Of a stretch of DNA of 64,000 bases, positions 1 to 9,738 are shown piece after piece. Position numbers and translations under genes: made by a program. The notes beneath the pieces are model-generated. The model searched no databases. It had not been told where the DNA came from and saw only the letters and a list, made by a program, of their open reading frames with translations. This stretch comes from Thermoflexus hugenholtzii JAD2. GTDB lineage: Bacteria; Chloroflexota; Dehalococcoidia; UBA2979. Position 1 is the stretch's first letter. The number at the start of each line of letters is the position of its first letter. The stretch covers positions 3,036 through 67,035 of the forward strand of contig CAMDNW010000009.1 in the NCBI GenBank assembly GCA_945903275.1, read 5' to 3'.

Positions 1-95
1 TCGGAACCGTACAGCATCGATATCCAGTGGTCCCGCTCGTCCTCCGATAAGCTCAGGATGAGCGGGTGGCGGATGTTGCCACGCTCTAGGTACAC
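1..95 (-). CDS. Hypothetical protein, N-terminal fragment; the gene runs off the 5' edge of the window
   Basis: The minus-strand frame reads VYLERGNIRHPLILSLSEDERDHWISMLYGS... from a GTG at 95..93. It lies directly downstream of, and co-oriented with, ORF 101..853. I do not recognise the family. Confidence 0.3.
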   Translation of the reverse strand, partial: MYLERGNIRHPLILSLSEDERDHWISMLYGS

Positions 96-100
96 GACAC

Positions 101-853
101 CTACGATCGCGGCGCTGCCCACGCCCGCAGCAGCCCAGCGATCCGATTGCGCTCCAAGATCGCCGCCGCCGGCGCACGTTCGCCCGAGTCCTCCGCCGCC
201 GACAACTGCGTGAGCGCCAGCCGTCCCCGGTCGCCGCCATCGAGGCGCAACAGCGCCTCGATCAGTGTCCACCGCGAGATGCCCGCGCGCCGCCCCGCGT
301 CATGCGAGGCGTACACGGCCCAGTCCAGCGCCCGCTCGCGCACGTCGTAGTGCGAGAACAGCCGCTCGTCGGGATCCCAGCGCGCCATATCGTTGTACAC
401 ATCCGCCGCCCAATCGATCGGCAGCGGCCGGTCCGAGTCCGCCAGCGGGTCGAGCGCCACCAGCCATAGCGACAGTCCCAGGCCCACCGCCGGCTGTCCG
501 CCGTACCCTGCGGCGATCCACGTCAGCGCGTGCGCCTCGGCGATCGCCCGTGCGACGCCCTCGTCCACCGCCAGCCCTGCACCGACTAGCGTGCGTGTCA
601 CCAACAAGTGCCCCACAAACCGCGCCGCCGCGTCATCCTCAATTCGCTCGCCGGTCGGCAGCACCACCTGCGACGCCTCGCCTGGCAAGAAGCACGCGAA
701 CGTGTAGCGCAGCCCGCGATCCCACCCCGGCGCCCCCGGCTGCCCCTGCGCCGCTAACAGGCGATCGAGGTCTGCGGGATCCTGCACGGTTCCCGCGTCA
801 CGCACCTGCGGCCACAGCCGCATCGCCACCGCCAACACATCGCTCTCTGCCAT
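101..853 (-). CDS. Conserved hypothetical protein of 250 aa
   Basis: Long ORF with GC3-biased codon usage. It is divergent from the DUF192 gene across an 84-bp intergenic region. No motif I can name. Confidence 0.5.
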   Translation of the reverse strand: MAESDVLAVAMRLWPQVRDAGTVQDPADLDRLLAAQGQPGAPGWDRGLRYTFACFLPGEASQVVLPTGERIEDDAAARFVGHLLVTRTLVGAGLAVDEGVARAIAEAHALTWIAAGYGGQPAVGLGLSLWLVALDPLADSDRPLPIDWAADVYNDMARWDPDERLFSHYDVRERALDWAVYASHDAGRRAGISRWTLIEALLRLDGGDRGRLALTQLSAAEDSGERAPAAAILERNRIAGLLRAWAAPRS

Positions 854-936
854 GCCTCGACGCTACCGAGGCCTCCGCGTGACTGTCAACGCGCGGCCTG
901 TTTGTCCGGCGTGCAGGCACGTCCTACGATCGCCAT

Positions 937-1557
937 ATGCTTCGCATCATCGCGGCCACATGCACCGCCTTTGCCATCGCGTTCGTCATCGCATGTGACA
1001 ACGACGCGCCCACCGCCACCACAACGGCAGTCACACCGCCAGCAACCGCCTCGGGCATAGCCACCACCGCGCCAGCCCTCATCCCCGACGCGATCTTCCT
1101 CCCCAACATCACGCCCACGCCCGCCATCCCCGGCGAGTCGATCGCCAGCACCGCCAACATCCCGCGCGCCTCGCTGCCCGTCGCCGAGTTCTCCCGCGGC
1201 GGCAACGTCATCGCCACCCTCCCCATCGAGGTGCCTCCGCGCGACCAGTACAGCATCGGCCTTTCCGGCCGCCGCACCCTCGGTGACGAGCGTGGCATGC
1301 TCTTCCATTACGCCGACAAGGGTGGTTCGTTCTGGATGAAGAACACCCACATCAACCTCTCCATTGCCTTCGTCGCCCGCGACGAAACCATCGTCGATAT
1401 CCGCGACATGGAGGCTGAATCGACCACCCTCGTCACCCCCCGCGCCGACTACCAGTACGCCATCGAGGCCCCAGCCGACTGGTACCTCCGCCACGGCATC
1501 CGCATCGGCGACCGTGCCCCACTCGCCTTCCCGCTCCCCTACTACCTCGCGAACTGA
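937..1557 (+). CDS. DUF192 (COG1430) family lipoprotein
   Basis: The N-terminal signal ends in a VIAC lipobox and is followed by a Thr/Pro/Ala-rich linker. The C-terminal region carries the DUF192 hallmark MLFHY...FWMKNTHINLSIAFV...DETIVDI. Confidence 0.75.
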   Translation: MLRIIAATCTAFAIAFVIACDNDAPTATTTAVTPPATASGIATTAPALIPDAIFLPNITPTPAIPGESIASTANIPRASLPVAEFSRGGNVIATLPIEVPPRDQYSIGLSGRRTLGDERGMLFHYADKGGSFWMKNTHINLSIAFVARDETIVDIRDMEAESTTLVTPRADYQYAIEAPADWYLRHGIRIGDRAPLAFPLPYYLAN

Positions 1558-1566
1558 AGCCAACCG

Positions 1567-1909
1567 ATGAGCGACGACTTCTATTGCGACGAAGCATTGA
1601 GCGGCAACACGAAGATCAACATCGTCATCGAGACTGGTGACGTGCCGCCTTCCACCACACAAGGCCCTTTTGGCCTGTGCACATCGTGGTGAACACCAAG
1701 ATGCATGTGCCATCGCTGAGCGACTTGGTGCCGCCTCTGAGAGCATCCTGCCCGTACTCCTTACGGTCGTTCGAGAAGTCGCAAAGCAGGTGACTGAGGA
1801 ACATGGCACATGCTGCGTGCTCACGAACTTCGGCCAGTACTAGGATTTCAAACACCTCCATGTTCACGTGTCCTCGGGCGAGCCACTCAATCGTGAGTGT
1901 CCTGCCTGA
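1567..1909 (+). pseudogene. HIT-family (histidine triad) hydrolase, degraded by frameshifts and an in-frame TAG
   Basis: The N-terminus MSDDFYCDEALSGNTKINIVIETGDV resembles HIT starts (MSDCIFCKI...). It terminates after about 40 codons. A second frame carries LLTVVREVAKQV...GTCCVLTNFGQY, then an in-frame TAG at 1841..1843, then the histidine triad DFKHLHVHVSSG. Confidence 0.55.
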
Positions 1910-1951
1910 TCGGGCCGGCATGGACTGTGACTGAAATAAGAGGGACGACAG

Positions 1952-2509
1952 ATGGGGCGACTACTACTCGCACGCCATTGCCAGGCGGCGTGGTTAGAGG
2001 ACAACAAGTCACGGCCACTGTCTGAACAGGAGCTGGAACAAGCGCAAGCGCTCGGCGCCTGATTGCGAGAGTCGTGGTTGGTCGATGGCATCGTCAGCAG
2101 CCCGTATCGGCGCGCCATCGATACGATCGCCCCGTTTGTGGCTGCATCAGCCCGGGAGATTGCGCTTGACGAACGGCTCCGGGAGCGCGAGGGGACCTTC
2201 TTGGCGGCAATCGCAGATCACATCGCCGCTGCGGAAGCATGCTTCACTGACCATTCACTGTGTCTCGAAGGCTCGGAAACCGGCTTCGAGACACAGGAAC
2301 GGGCTTGGGCGGCAATCGAGGGGATGTTGCAGTCTTCGTACGCCTTGCCGGTGCTCGTGTCGCACGGACAGCTCCTGAGCTCCACGCTCGCGCGCATCGA
2401 TGGGACAACGGGCCTTGGCCGCTGGCGGTCCATGACAACGCCGGATGTATTCCTGCTGGAATCGGTTGAACCGAGTACTTGCCGTGTCCAACAAGTATGG
2501 CCGGGGTGA
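1952..2509 (+). pseudogene. Histidine phosphatase (phosphoglycerate-mutase family) interrupted by an in-frame TGA
   Basis: MGRLLLARHCQAAWLEDNKSRPLSEQELEQAQALGA, then TGA at 2060..2062, then LRESWLVDGIVSSPYRRAIDT... The RHG catalytic motif reads RHC. The stop sits where family members have a conserved Trp (GAWL), so a TGG to TGA change is implied. Confidence 0.6.
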
Positions 2510-2642
2510 AACTGCGCGTTCCAAACGGACCATTACCGACGCGTCCAACCCAGTGACCTCGCGCTGGAATGCAGGTAACATTCTGCCTCGGCTCGACCGA
2601 GTCAGGCGCCCGCGACGCGCTATCTGAACGAACGGTTGCTCC

Positions 2643-3935
2643 GTGTCGGAGCCCTCCAGACCGGTGCACGATCCACTGGCGGCCCTGCGCCAGACCGACT
2701 TCCGCAAGTTCTCGCTGGCCCGCTTCGCGTCTGCCTCCGCGCAGACCATGTTTCAGGCCGCGCTCGCTTGGCAGGTCTACGCGATCTCCGGTGAGGCCCT
2801 CCAACTCGGCATCCTCGGCCTCGTCCGCTTCGCACCGCAACTCGCGGCCACCTTCGTCGCCGGCGCGGTCGCCGACTCCTACGACCGCAAGCGCATCGTC
2901 CTCATCTCACAGGCCATCCACGCCGCCTGCTCGCTCGTGCTCGCCATCGCCAGTGCCGGCGGCTGGGCCACGCTCCCCATCATCTACGCGCTCGTCGTGC
3001 TGCTCGCGCTCGCCAACGCCTTCGAGAATCCCGCGAGGCAGGCGCTGCTCCCCTCCATCGTCCACCGCGAGACCTTCCAGAACGCCATCACCGTGACCAC
3101 CACACTCCAGTCGCTCGCCTTCATCGTCGGCCCCAGCATCGCGGGCGTCGTGATCGCCGTCTCCGGCGTCGCCGGTGCGTACGCCGCCAACATCGTGCTG
3201 CTCGCCCTCTCCGTCGTCGCGCTCGCCTTCCTCCATCCCCGCCCGCTCGAAGGCGAGCGCCGCACCGTCAGCCTCGAGGCGATCCGCGAGGGCATCCGCT
3301 TCGTCTGGCGGCGTCAGGTGCTCCTCGGCGCGATGGCGCTCGACATGTTCGCGGTGATCTTCGGCGGCGCACAGGCGCTGCTACCCATCTACGCCACCGA
3401 CATCCTCCACGTCGGCAGCACCGGCTACGGCATCCTCGCCTCGTCCATGAACGCGGGCGCGCTGCTCGCCTCGGTCGTGCTTGTGATGATCCCGCAAGTG
3501 CAGCGCACCGGCCGGGTGCTGCTCATCTCCATCGTCGGCTTCGCCGGTGCGACGATCGTCTTCGGCCTCGCGCGCTCGTTCCCGCTCGCGGTGCTCGCCT
3601 ACACGCTCGTCGGCATGTCCGACCAGGTGAGCGTGGTGATGCGCCAGACCACGATCCAGCTGGCGACGCCCGACCGCCTCCGCGGCCGCGTGACCGCGAT
3701 CAACGCGCTCTTCATCGGCTCATCCAATCAACTCGGCGCGGTGCGCGCTGGCTTCATGGCCGCGGCCACCACCCCCACCATCTCTGTCGTCGGCGGCGGC
3801 TTCATGTGCCTCGGCGTCGTCGCGCTCATCGCCCTCGCGCTCCCCGGTCTCCGCCGCTACCGCATCGACGCCGCCCCCGATCCCGAGGCCGAAGAAGACA
3901 TCGAGACCGCCCGGACACCCGTAGCACTGCGATAG
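2643..3935 (+). CDS. MFS transporter (EntS/YbdA-like, 12 TM segments)
   Basis: 430-aa hydrophobic ORF with MFS signature segments (DRKRIVLISQ, loop motifs). Confidence 0.85.
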   Translation: MSEPSRPVHDPLAALRQTDFRKFSLARFASASAQTMFQAALAWQVYAISGEALQLGILGLVRFAPQLAATFVAGAVADSYDRKRIVLISQAIHAACSLVLAIASAGGWATLPIIYALVVLLALANAFENPARQALLPSIVHRETFQNAITVTTTLQSLAFIVGPSIAGVVIAVSGVAGAYAANIVLLALSVVALAFLHPRPLEGERRTVSLEAIREGIRFVWRRQVLLGAMALDMFAVIFGGAQALLPIYATDILHVGSTGYGILASSMNAGALLASVVLVMIPQVQRTGRVLLISIVGFAGATIVFGLARSFPLAVLAYTLVGMSDQVSVVMRQTTIQLATPDRLRGRVTAINALFIGSSNQLGAVRAGFMAAATTPTISVVGGGFMCLGVVALIALALPGLRRYRIDAAPDPEAEEDIETARTPVALR

Positions 3936-3943
3936 GCCGCGCC

Positions 3944-5221
3944 CTACAACCGCCGTAACTGCGCCGAGGCCAACGCGACGCACGCGAGCACGCCCGCCAT
4001 CACGCCGCCTGTGGCAATCGCCCACTGCACCCCGAACACCGCAGCCATCCCGCCGAGGATCACCGGCCCCAGCCAGCCGAAGCCGATCGCCGTCATCCAC
4101 GTCCCGATCACTCGCCCGCGCACCGCATCCGGCACGCTCGCCTGCAACAGCACCCACTGCAACGTGTCGAACATCGCCGCCATCGCCCCAATCGCCACGA
4201 CGAGCACCAGCGACAGCACGAAGTGCTCCGAGGCCGACAGCGCCACTAGGCTCACCGCAAACACCGCCATCACGACCACCAGCAACGGCCCGCGCCGCAC
4301 CGCGTGCACGAACATCGACAGCGCCGCCGTACCCATTACGCCGCCCAGCCCCGTCGCGAACGTCAGCGTACCCAGTCCCGAGGCATCCACGTGCAGCACC
4401 CGCTCCGCAAGCCCCGGCATCAGCGACCCAAACGAGAACGCGAAGACCTCGATACCCATCGCTAGCAACAGCAGCAGCACCACCACCGGGATGCGCAACA
4501 CGATGCGCAGGCCATCGAGCGCGTCCCGCCACACCGAGGTCGGCGCAGTCGCGGAGGCAACCGGCGCTACGCCATCGGCGGCCCTCGATACACGCATGGT
4601 GGAATAGGTGAGCGCGGCAACGCCGACCGCACCAGCGGCGAGCAGGAACACCAGACCCGGATCGATCCGTTCCAGCAGCACACCGCCCGCGAATGCGCCC
4701 AGCATCGCCATGCTGCGGACACCTAGGCTGTGCAGGCTGACCGCACTCGGCGCACGAGGCGCACCGACGATGTCGCGAATCATCGCCTGCATCGCCGGCG
4801 TCTCGCTGGCACGGGCCACGCCCGTGAGCGCGATCAATCCCATCAGCGGCCACGCCGAATGCATCCCCGCCATCACGATACCGCCCACTACCAGCAGCAA
4901 CAGCGACCGCGCCGCGACCGTCGTCATCAGCACCCGCGGTCGCTCAAAGCGGTCGGCGATCGCGCCGCCCAGCGGGCCGAGCACCATGTTCGGCGCGGCG
5001 CGCGCGGCAAAACTGAGCGCCGTGAGGAACACCGATCCGGTCGCGTCCAGCACGAACCAGCCCACCGCCAGCCGCTCGATCCCCGTCCCGAACCCATCGA
5101 GGACCGCCGCGAGCCACGCTCGGCGGAACGCCGGCTGCCGCAGCGGCTCCAGCAGGCGCACCCAGCTCGCTGTCGTCATCTCAGTGCCTCGACCCCCGGT
5201 ATCACGGCGGGAGCGTAACAC
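3944..5221 (-). CDS. MFS transporter
   Basis: 425 aa with about 12 predicted TM helices and the GPLGGAIADRFERPRVL motif typical of MFS loop 2-3. It is convergent with the preceding MFS gene. Confidence 0.8.
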   Translation of the reverse strand: MLRSRRDTGGRGTEMTTASWVRLLEPLRQPAFRRAWLAAVLDGFGTGIERLAVGWFVLDATGSVFLTALSFAARAAPNMVLGPLGGAIADRFERPRVLMTTVAARSLLLLVVGGIVMAGMHSAWPLMGLIALTGVARASETPAMQAMIRDIVGAPRAPSAVSLHSLGVRSMAMLGAFAGGVLLERIDPGLVFLLAAGAVGVAALTYSTMRVSRAADGVAPVASATAPTSVWRDALDGLRIVLRIPVVVLLLLLAMGIEVFAFSFGSLMPGLAERVLHVDASGLGTLTFATGLGGVMGTAALSMFVHAVRRGPLLVVVMAVFAVSLVALSASEHFVLSLVLVVAIGAMAAMFDTLQWVLLQASVPDAVRGRVIGTWMTAIGFGWLGPVILGGMAAVFGVQWAIATGGVMAGVLACVALASAQLRRL

Positions 5222-5487
5222 TGACTTTTAGCCCGCCGTTTACCTGCCGCCCAGCGTCCGCTCACCCGGCCTCGCCACCATCGAGGCATGGAACAACAGA
5301 CCTCGCTCCTACCTACCGCCTGACCAGCCACTCCTGTCTCCGCTGCGGTGCGACCCTCCGCATCGAGGACGTCGACGCCCCCCCACCACCCGCAGCCTCA
5401 TCTGCGACCACCGTCAGGATCTGCCCATCCCCTGCGAGGGCTACGACCCCGCCCTGCTCCGACACCGCTAAGGTCCCGAGGCCCCAC

Positions 5488-6009
5488 CTAGTACCAGTCG
5501 TGCTCGATCACATGCGAGGCGTGCTGCGCCAGCGTCAGCAGCAGCCGCTCGTCGGCATCGTCGTACAGCTTCCCATCGCTCCGGTCAGTGACGTACAGCG
5601 CACCGCGCACCACGCCCCGGCACCACAGCGGTACCCCCAGCAGCGTGTTCATCCTCGGATGCTTCGGCGGAAAGCCGAACGACCGCCGGTGCTGCGAGAC
5701 GTTGCCCAAACGTATTGGCCGCCCGTCCGCCCGCAGCGATCCGAGCGGCCCGTGCCCCTGAGGAGGCGTGCGCAGCCCGCGCAACTCCGCTTCTGTCATG
5801 CCCGAGGTGATGAACCCCTGCGTCCGGTCATGCTCATCAGTTACGTTCAGTGCGCAGTACTTCGACTTCGTCTCGGACCGTGCGAGGTCGGCGACGACCT
5901 GCAACGCGTCCTCCGGCCGGTGCGGTTCCGGCAGGTATAGCAACGCAGCCGCGAGCGCCGCGAGCGCCCGCGCTTCCGGGTCTTTCTTTCGCAATAGCAA
6001 CCGCACCAT
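5488..6009 (-). CDS. GAF-domain protein (stand-alone sensor domain)
   Basis: The motif GFPPKHPRMNTLLGVPL matches the DosS/DevS-type GAF signature GFPPxHPxMxxFLGVP. Confidence 0.7.
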   Translation of the reverse strand: MVRLLLRKKDPEARALAALAAALLYLPEPHRPEDALQVVADLARSETKSKYCALNVTDEHDRTQGFITSGMTEAELRGLRTPPQGHGPLGSLRADGRPIRLGNVSQHRRSFGFPPKHPRMNTLLGVPLWCRGVVRGALYVTDRSDGKLYDDADERLLLTLAQHASHVIEHDWY

Positions 6010-6014
6010 CGCCT

Positions 6015-7646
6015 TCAGGCTACCTCGCGCGGCAACAGCGCCGCCACCTGTCGCGCCAGCACCGACGGTGCCTCCGAGGCGTCCAGCACCACATGCACCC
6101 CCTCCAAAGCATGCACCGCCTCGAACCGCGCCGCCTGCGCCTCGTACACCTCGCGCGTGGCATCCGAGGTGCGCAGCGGGTCGTCGGCCCGCGCCCCGAT
6201 CCGCGCGAGGGTCGCCGCTACATCCAGACGCACTTCGGCGATCACCGCTGGCACGCTACGCGCGGCCGCGACCGCCAGCGCCGCCGCGCGTTCGCTAGCA
6301 TCCCCGTGCATCGCGTCTATCACAACCGGACGCCCTGCTGCGAGGTGCGCGTCAGCCCGCCGCCGCAGTTCGACATAGACGCGCTCGGTCATCTCGGGCA
6401 CGTACAGCCCCTCGCGATCTGCCGTCGTCCCACGCTCGCGCGGGTCGAGGCCAGCTAGCTCTTTACGCACCACATCCGATGACACATACGCCGCGCCAAT
6501 GCGCGCCGCGAGCGTCCCGCCCACCGTAGACTTGCCAACGCCCGGTAGTCCACACATCACCACGAGTGAGGGGCCGGCCCGCCGCTGTCCATACTCCGCC
6601 GCCAGCCGGAAGTACCGCGCCGCCGAGTCCGCGAGGTGCACCCGCTGCTCCGGGGGCAATTCGGTAGCGTTCGCTCCAATCGACTCCACCTTACCGCGCA
6701 CGAACGCGCGCATCGCACGGTGCAGCGGCTGCAACACTCCCAGTGTCTCGTCATGCGCCGCTGCGAGATAACGCCCCCCAAACTCGTCGCCGAGATCGGC
6801 GTAGCCTTGTGCCTCCAGATCCATCGCGAGAAACGCCACGTCGTAACCGACATCGAGATACCGGAAGTGGAACCAGTCGGTGAACTCGATGCAGTCCACG
6901 ATCGCGATCTGCTCCATCGCGTCGCCCAGCAGATAGACGTGCTTTGCCTGTATGTCGCCATGTCCCTCGACCGTCCGCCCTGCCGCGAGCCGTGCGTCGA
7001 ACAGAGCCTGCTCTGCCGCGATAGTGCCGTCGAAGAACGCCTTGGTCGCCGCCGCATCTTCTGCCCGCCACGTACCGCCTATGTTCCCCGCGGCCTCGCC
7101 GTACTCGCGCGTCCACCACGCCGTCTCTGCCGGCCCGCCCGCGTACTCTCGCCCTCCGGGAGTACGCCCCTGAGGCACGTTAGCGACCACCGCCGCTGCT
7201 TCGTGGAACGCCACCAGCGTCTGAACGAGGCGCTCGATGATTCTCGGTTGCTGTGGACCTGCGGCCAGCACCCGGTCGAGTGTCCGATCGTCCGGCAGCA
7301 GCCGCATCTTCACCGCCCACTCCACCACCTCGCCGTCCGAGGCGGGCACGTCCACGACGTAGCGACCATCTGGCGTACGCACAACCGCAACCACGCCTAG
7401 GTACACATCCGGGGCCAGCCGCGTGTTCAGTCGCACCTCCGCATGGCAGTACGCCTCGCGCACCTCCGGCGTCAGCTGCGTGATGAACCCGAAGTCCACT
7501 GGCTTCTTCGTCTTGTAGGCGAACTCGCCCGCCAGAAAAACATTTGAGATGTGCGTCTGTACCAGCCGCACCTCGGCAGGCCGGTTCGGATAGGCGGCGG
7601 GGTCGAGTAGCGCACGGACATATTCGGGCAGGTTGTTAGTCGTCAT
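6015..7646 (-). CDS. Bifunctional aminoglycoside-phosphotransferase-like / P-loop kinase protein (Rv2004c-like)
   Basis: The N-terminal region resembles the APH/choline-kinase fold. The C-terminal half has the Walker A motif GLPGVGKST and a zeta-toxin/gluconate-kinase-like kinase domain. It sits 5 bp upstream of the GAF gene on the same strand. Confidence 0.75.
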   Translation of the reverse strand: MTTNNLPEYVRALLDPAAYPNRPAEVRLVQTHISNVFLAGEFAYKTKKPVDFGFITQLTPEVREAYCHAEVRLNTRLAPDVYLGVVAVVRTPDGRYVVDVPASDGEVVEWAVKMRLLPDDRTLDRVLAAGPQQPRIIERLVQTLVAFHEAAAVVANVPQGRTPGGREYAGGPAETAWWTREYGEAAGNIGGTWRAEDAAATKAFFDGTIAAEQALFDARLAAGRTVEGHGDIQAKHVYLLGDAMEQIAIVDCIEFTDWFHFRYLDVGYDVAFLAMDLEAQGYADLGDEFGGRYLAAAHDETLGVLQPLHRAMRAFVRGKVESIGANATELPPEQRVHLADSAARYFRLAAEYGQRRAGPSLVVMCGLPGVGKSTVGGTLAARIGAAYVSSDVVRKELAGLDPRERGTTADREGLYVPEMTERVYVELRRRADAHLAAGRPVVIDAMHGDASERAAALAVAAARSVPAVIAEVRLDVAATLARIGARADDPLRTSDATREVYEAQAARFEAVHALEGVHVVLDASEAPSVLARQVAALLPREVA

Positions 7647-7677
7647 GCTGTGATGGTGGATGCGCGGGCGGGCGCGA

Positions 7678-9417
7678 TCAACCCGGCCGGTTGCTCGTCG
7701 CCTCGTCCGCCGCTTCGTAGTACCCGCCGTACTGGATGTCGCGTAGTGACTGCGAGAACTCCTGCGCCTCTTCCTTCCGGTGCCCGATCGTTATTAGCAA
7801 CTGCCTCACCAGTTCCGCACCGCCCTCGTACTCTGGCACCACAACCTCGCGTGCCCCCAAGTCGCGCAGCGGCTGCAACTCCGACCCATTGCTTGCACGC
7901 GCGATCACCGGCAGCGCCGGGTTGAGGCTCAACGCGTTGCGGGTGGCGAGCAGCACCGTCGTCTCGTCTGGCACCGCCAACAGCAGCGCACGCGCCGCGC
8001 TGACGCCCGCAGTAGCTAGCACTTCAAGATCTGCGGCGTCGCCCCACACGGCGGTGATGCCTTCGTCGTGCAGTCTCCGCACCAGCGGCAGATTCGCCTC
8101 AATCACTGTGTACCGCTCGCCCAGTTGCGACAGCGCACTGCCCGACAGCTGGCCGACACGGCCGTACCCAGCGATCACCACATGCCCAATCGGATACGCC
8201 TCGATGTCTGGCATCTCGCCTTGGTGATCGAGCCAGTGCCAGATCGCGGGCAACCGCCGCAACAGCACCTCGGCGCGCGGAATCGCCGCGAACAGAAGCG
8301 GGTTGAGCGTGATCGATGCCACCGCCACCGCAAGCACCATGTTGTACGTCGTCGCGCTCATCACTTCCGCCGATACCGCCTGCTGCGCGACAATAAGCGA
8401 GAACTCCCCGACCTGCGCCAGCGATACCGCGACCGTCAGGCTCGTTCGCGCGCTGTACGGCCACATCGCGACAATCGCGAGTGTCAGTAGTGACTTCCCA
8501 AACACCACCGTCGCCAGCGTCAACGCAAACAGCCCCAAGTGCTCTATGACCACTCTCGGTTCGAACAGCATCCCCGTCGACACGAAGAACAGCACCGCAA
8601 ACGCCTCGCGGAACGGCACCACGTCGGCCGCTGCCTGGTGGCTCGTCTCGGTCTCGCTCACCACCACGCCTGCGATGAACGCGCCGAGCGCCACTGACAC
8701 CCCAAACAACGAAGCGCCGGTCGCGATGCCAAGCGCCCCACCCACCGTCGCGAGGATGAACAACTCCCGGGATCCTGTCCGCGCCACATGAGCCAGCCCC
8801 CACGGCACCACACGCGCACCTAGCGTGAACATCAATGCGAGGAACACACCTGCCTTCCCGAGTGCGATCAGCGTCGGCATGAACAGTCCGCCGCTACCGT
8901 CGGAAGCGAGCACCGGCATCAGCGTCAGCACCAGCACGATTGCTAAGTCTTCGACAATCAGACAGCCGATCGCAATGCGCCCTGGCACCGAGTCTATGTC
9001 GCCGCGCTCTTCGAGCGCCCGAATCGCCACCACCGTGCTCGCGATGCCGATCGCCAGCCCAAATACCATCCCCTCGTCCATCCCGAAGCCGAACGCCGCA
9101 CTGATCCCAATCCCCGCCGCCGTAACCACCCCCAGCCGCGCCAGCGACCCCGGTATCGCCACACCCTTCACCGCCAGCAAGTCTGCGAGGTTGAAGTGCA
9201 GCCCCACGCCGAACATCAGGAAAATCACGCCCAGTTCCGCTAACTCACGGATCGTCCCCACATCGGCCCCATACCAAGTCGTGAACGGGCTGATCGCAAT
9301 CCCCGCGAACATGTACCCCACGATCGCGGGCAATCTAGCCAGCCGCGCCGCCAATCCGCCGAGGAAGGCTACAGCCAGCGCCGCAGCAATCGTATTCAGC
9401 AGGCTGACGTGTTCCAC
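7678..9417 (-). CDS. CPA2 monovalent cation:proton antiporter with a C-terminal RCK/TrkA-N domain (KefB/KefC-like)
   Basis: About 12 TM helices followed by a GYGRVGQ Rossmann motif and the RCK domain. Confidence 0.85.
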   Translation of the reverse strand: MEHVSLLNTIAAALAVAFLGGLAARLARLPAIVGYMFAGIAISPFTTWYGADVGTIRELAELGVIFLMFGVGLHFNLADLLAVKGVAIPGSLARLGVVTAAGIGISAAFGFGMDEGMVFGLAIGIASTVVAIRALEERGDIDSVPGRIAIGCLIVEDLAIVLVLTLMPVLASDGSGGLFMPTLIALGKAGVFLALMFTLGARVVPWGLAHVARTGSRELFILATVGGALGIATGASLFGVSVALGAFIAGVVVSETETSHQAAADVVPFREAFAVLFFVSTGMLFEPRVVIEHLGLFALTLATVVFGKSLLTLAIVAMWPYSARTSLTVAVSLAQVGEFSLIVAQQAVSAEVMSATTYNMVLAVAVASITLNPLLFAAIPRAEVLLRRLPAIWHWLDHQGEMPDIEAYPIGHVVIAGYGRVGQLSGSALSQLGERYTVIEANLPLVRRLHDEGITAVWGDAADLEVLATAGVSAARALLLAVPDETTVLLATRNALSLNPALPVIARASNGSELQPLRDLGAREVVVPEYEGGAELVRQLLITIGHRKEEAQEFSQSLRDIQYGGYYEAADEATSNRPG

Positions 9418-9738
9418 GACCCTCCTCGGCGGAAGTGACGGCTCACCGATCTAGCCCACCGGCGCGGAACCGCCCTCAGCGGAGAGTACGTCGGCGGAAG
9501 CCTGTCATAGTCGCCAGCACAAGTATCGAATCGTCGTCAACCCAGACGTACTAGTCGGTAAGCCAGTCGCCCGGGGCACTCACATTTCGGTCGAACTCGT
9601 CTTCGCTCAACTCGCTGGGTATCCCGGCCGCAGCGACATCTTCGCTGCCTACCCATATATCGCCGTTGAGGACGTGAAAGCCTGCATCGCCTACACCCGG
9701 AAGTCACCGCTGTGATCATCGGATAGCCGCCACGACCA

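Noticed and set aside
5222-5487. A small gene in the 266-bp gap between the MFS and GAF genes
   Set aside because: Only very short, unconvincing ORFs (for example MEQQTSLLPTA). It is most likely a promoter or leader region, or eroded sequence.
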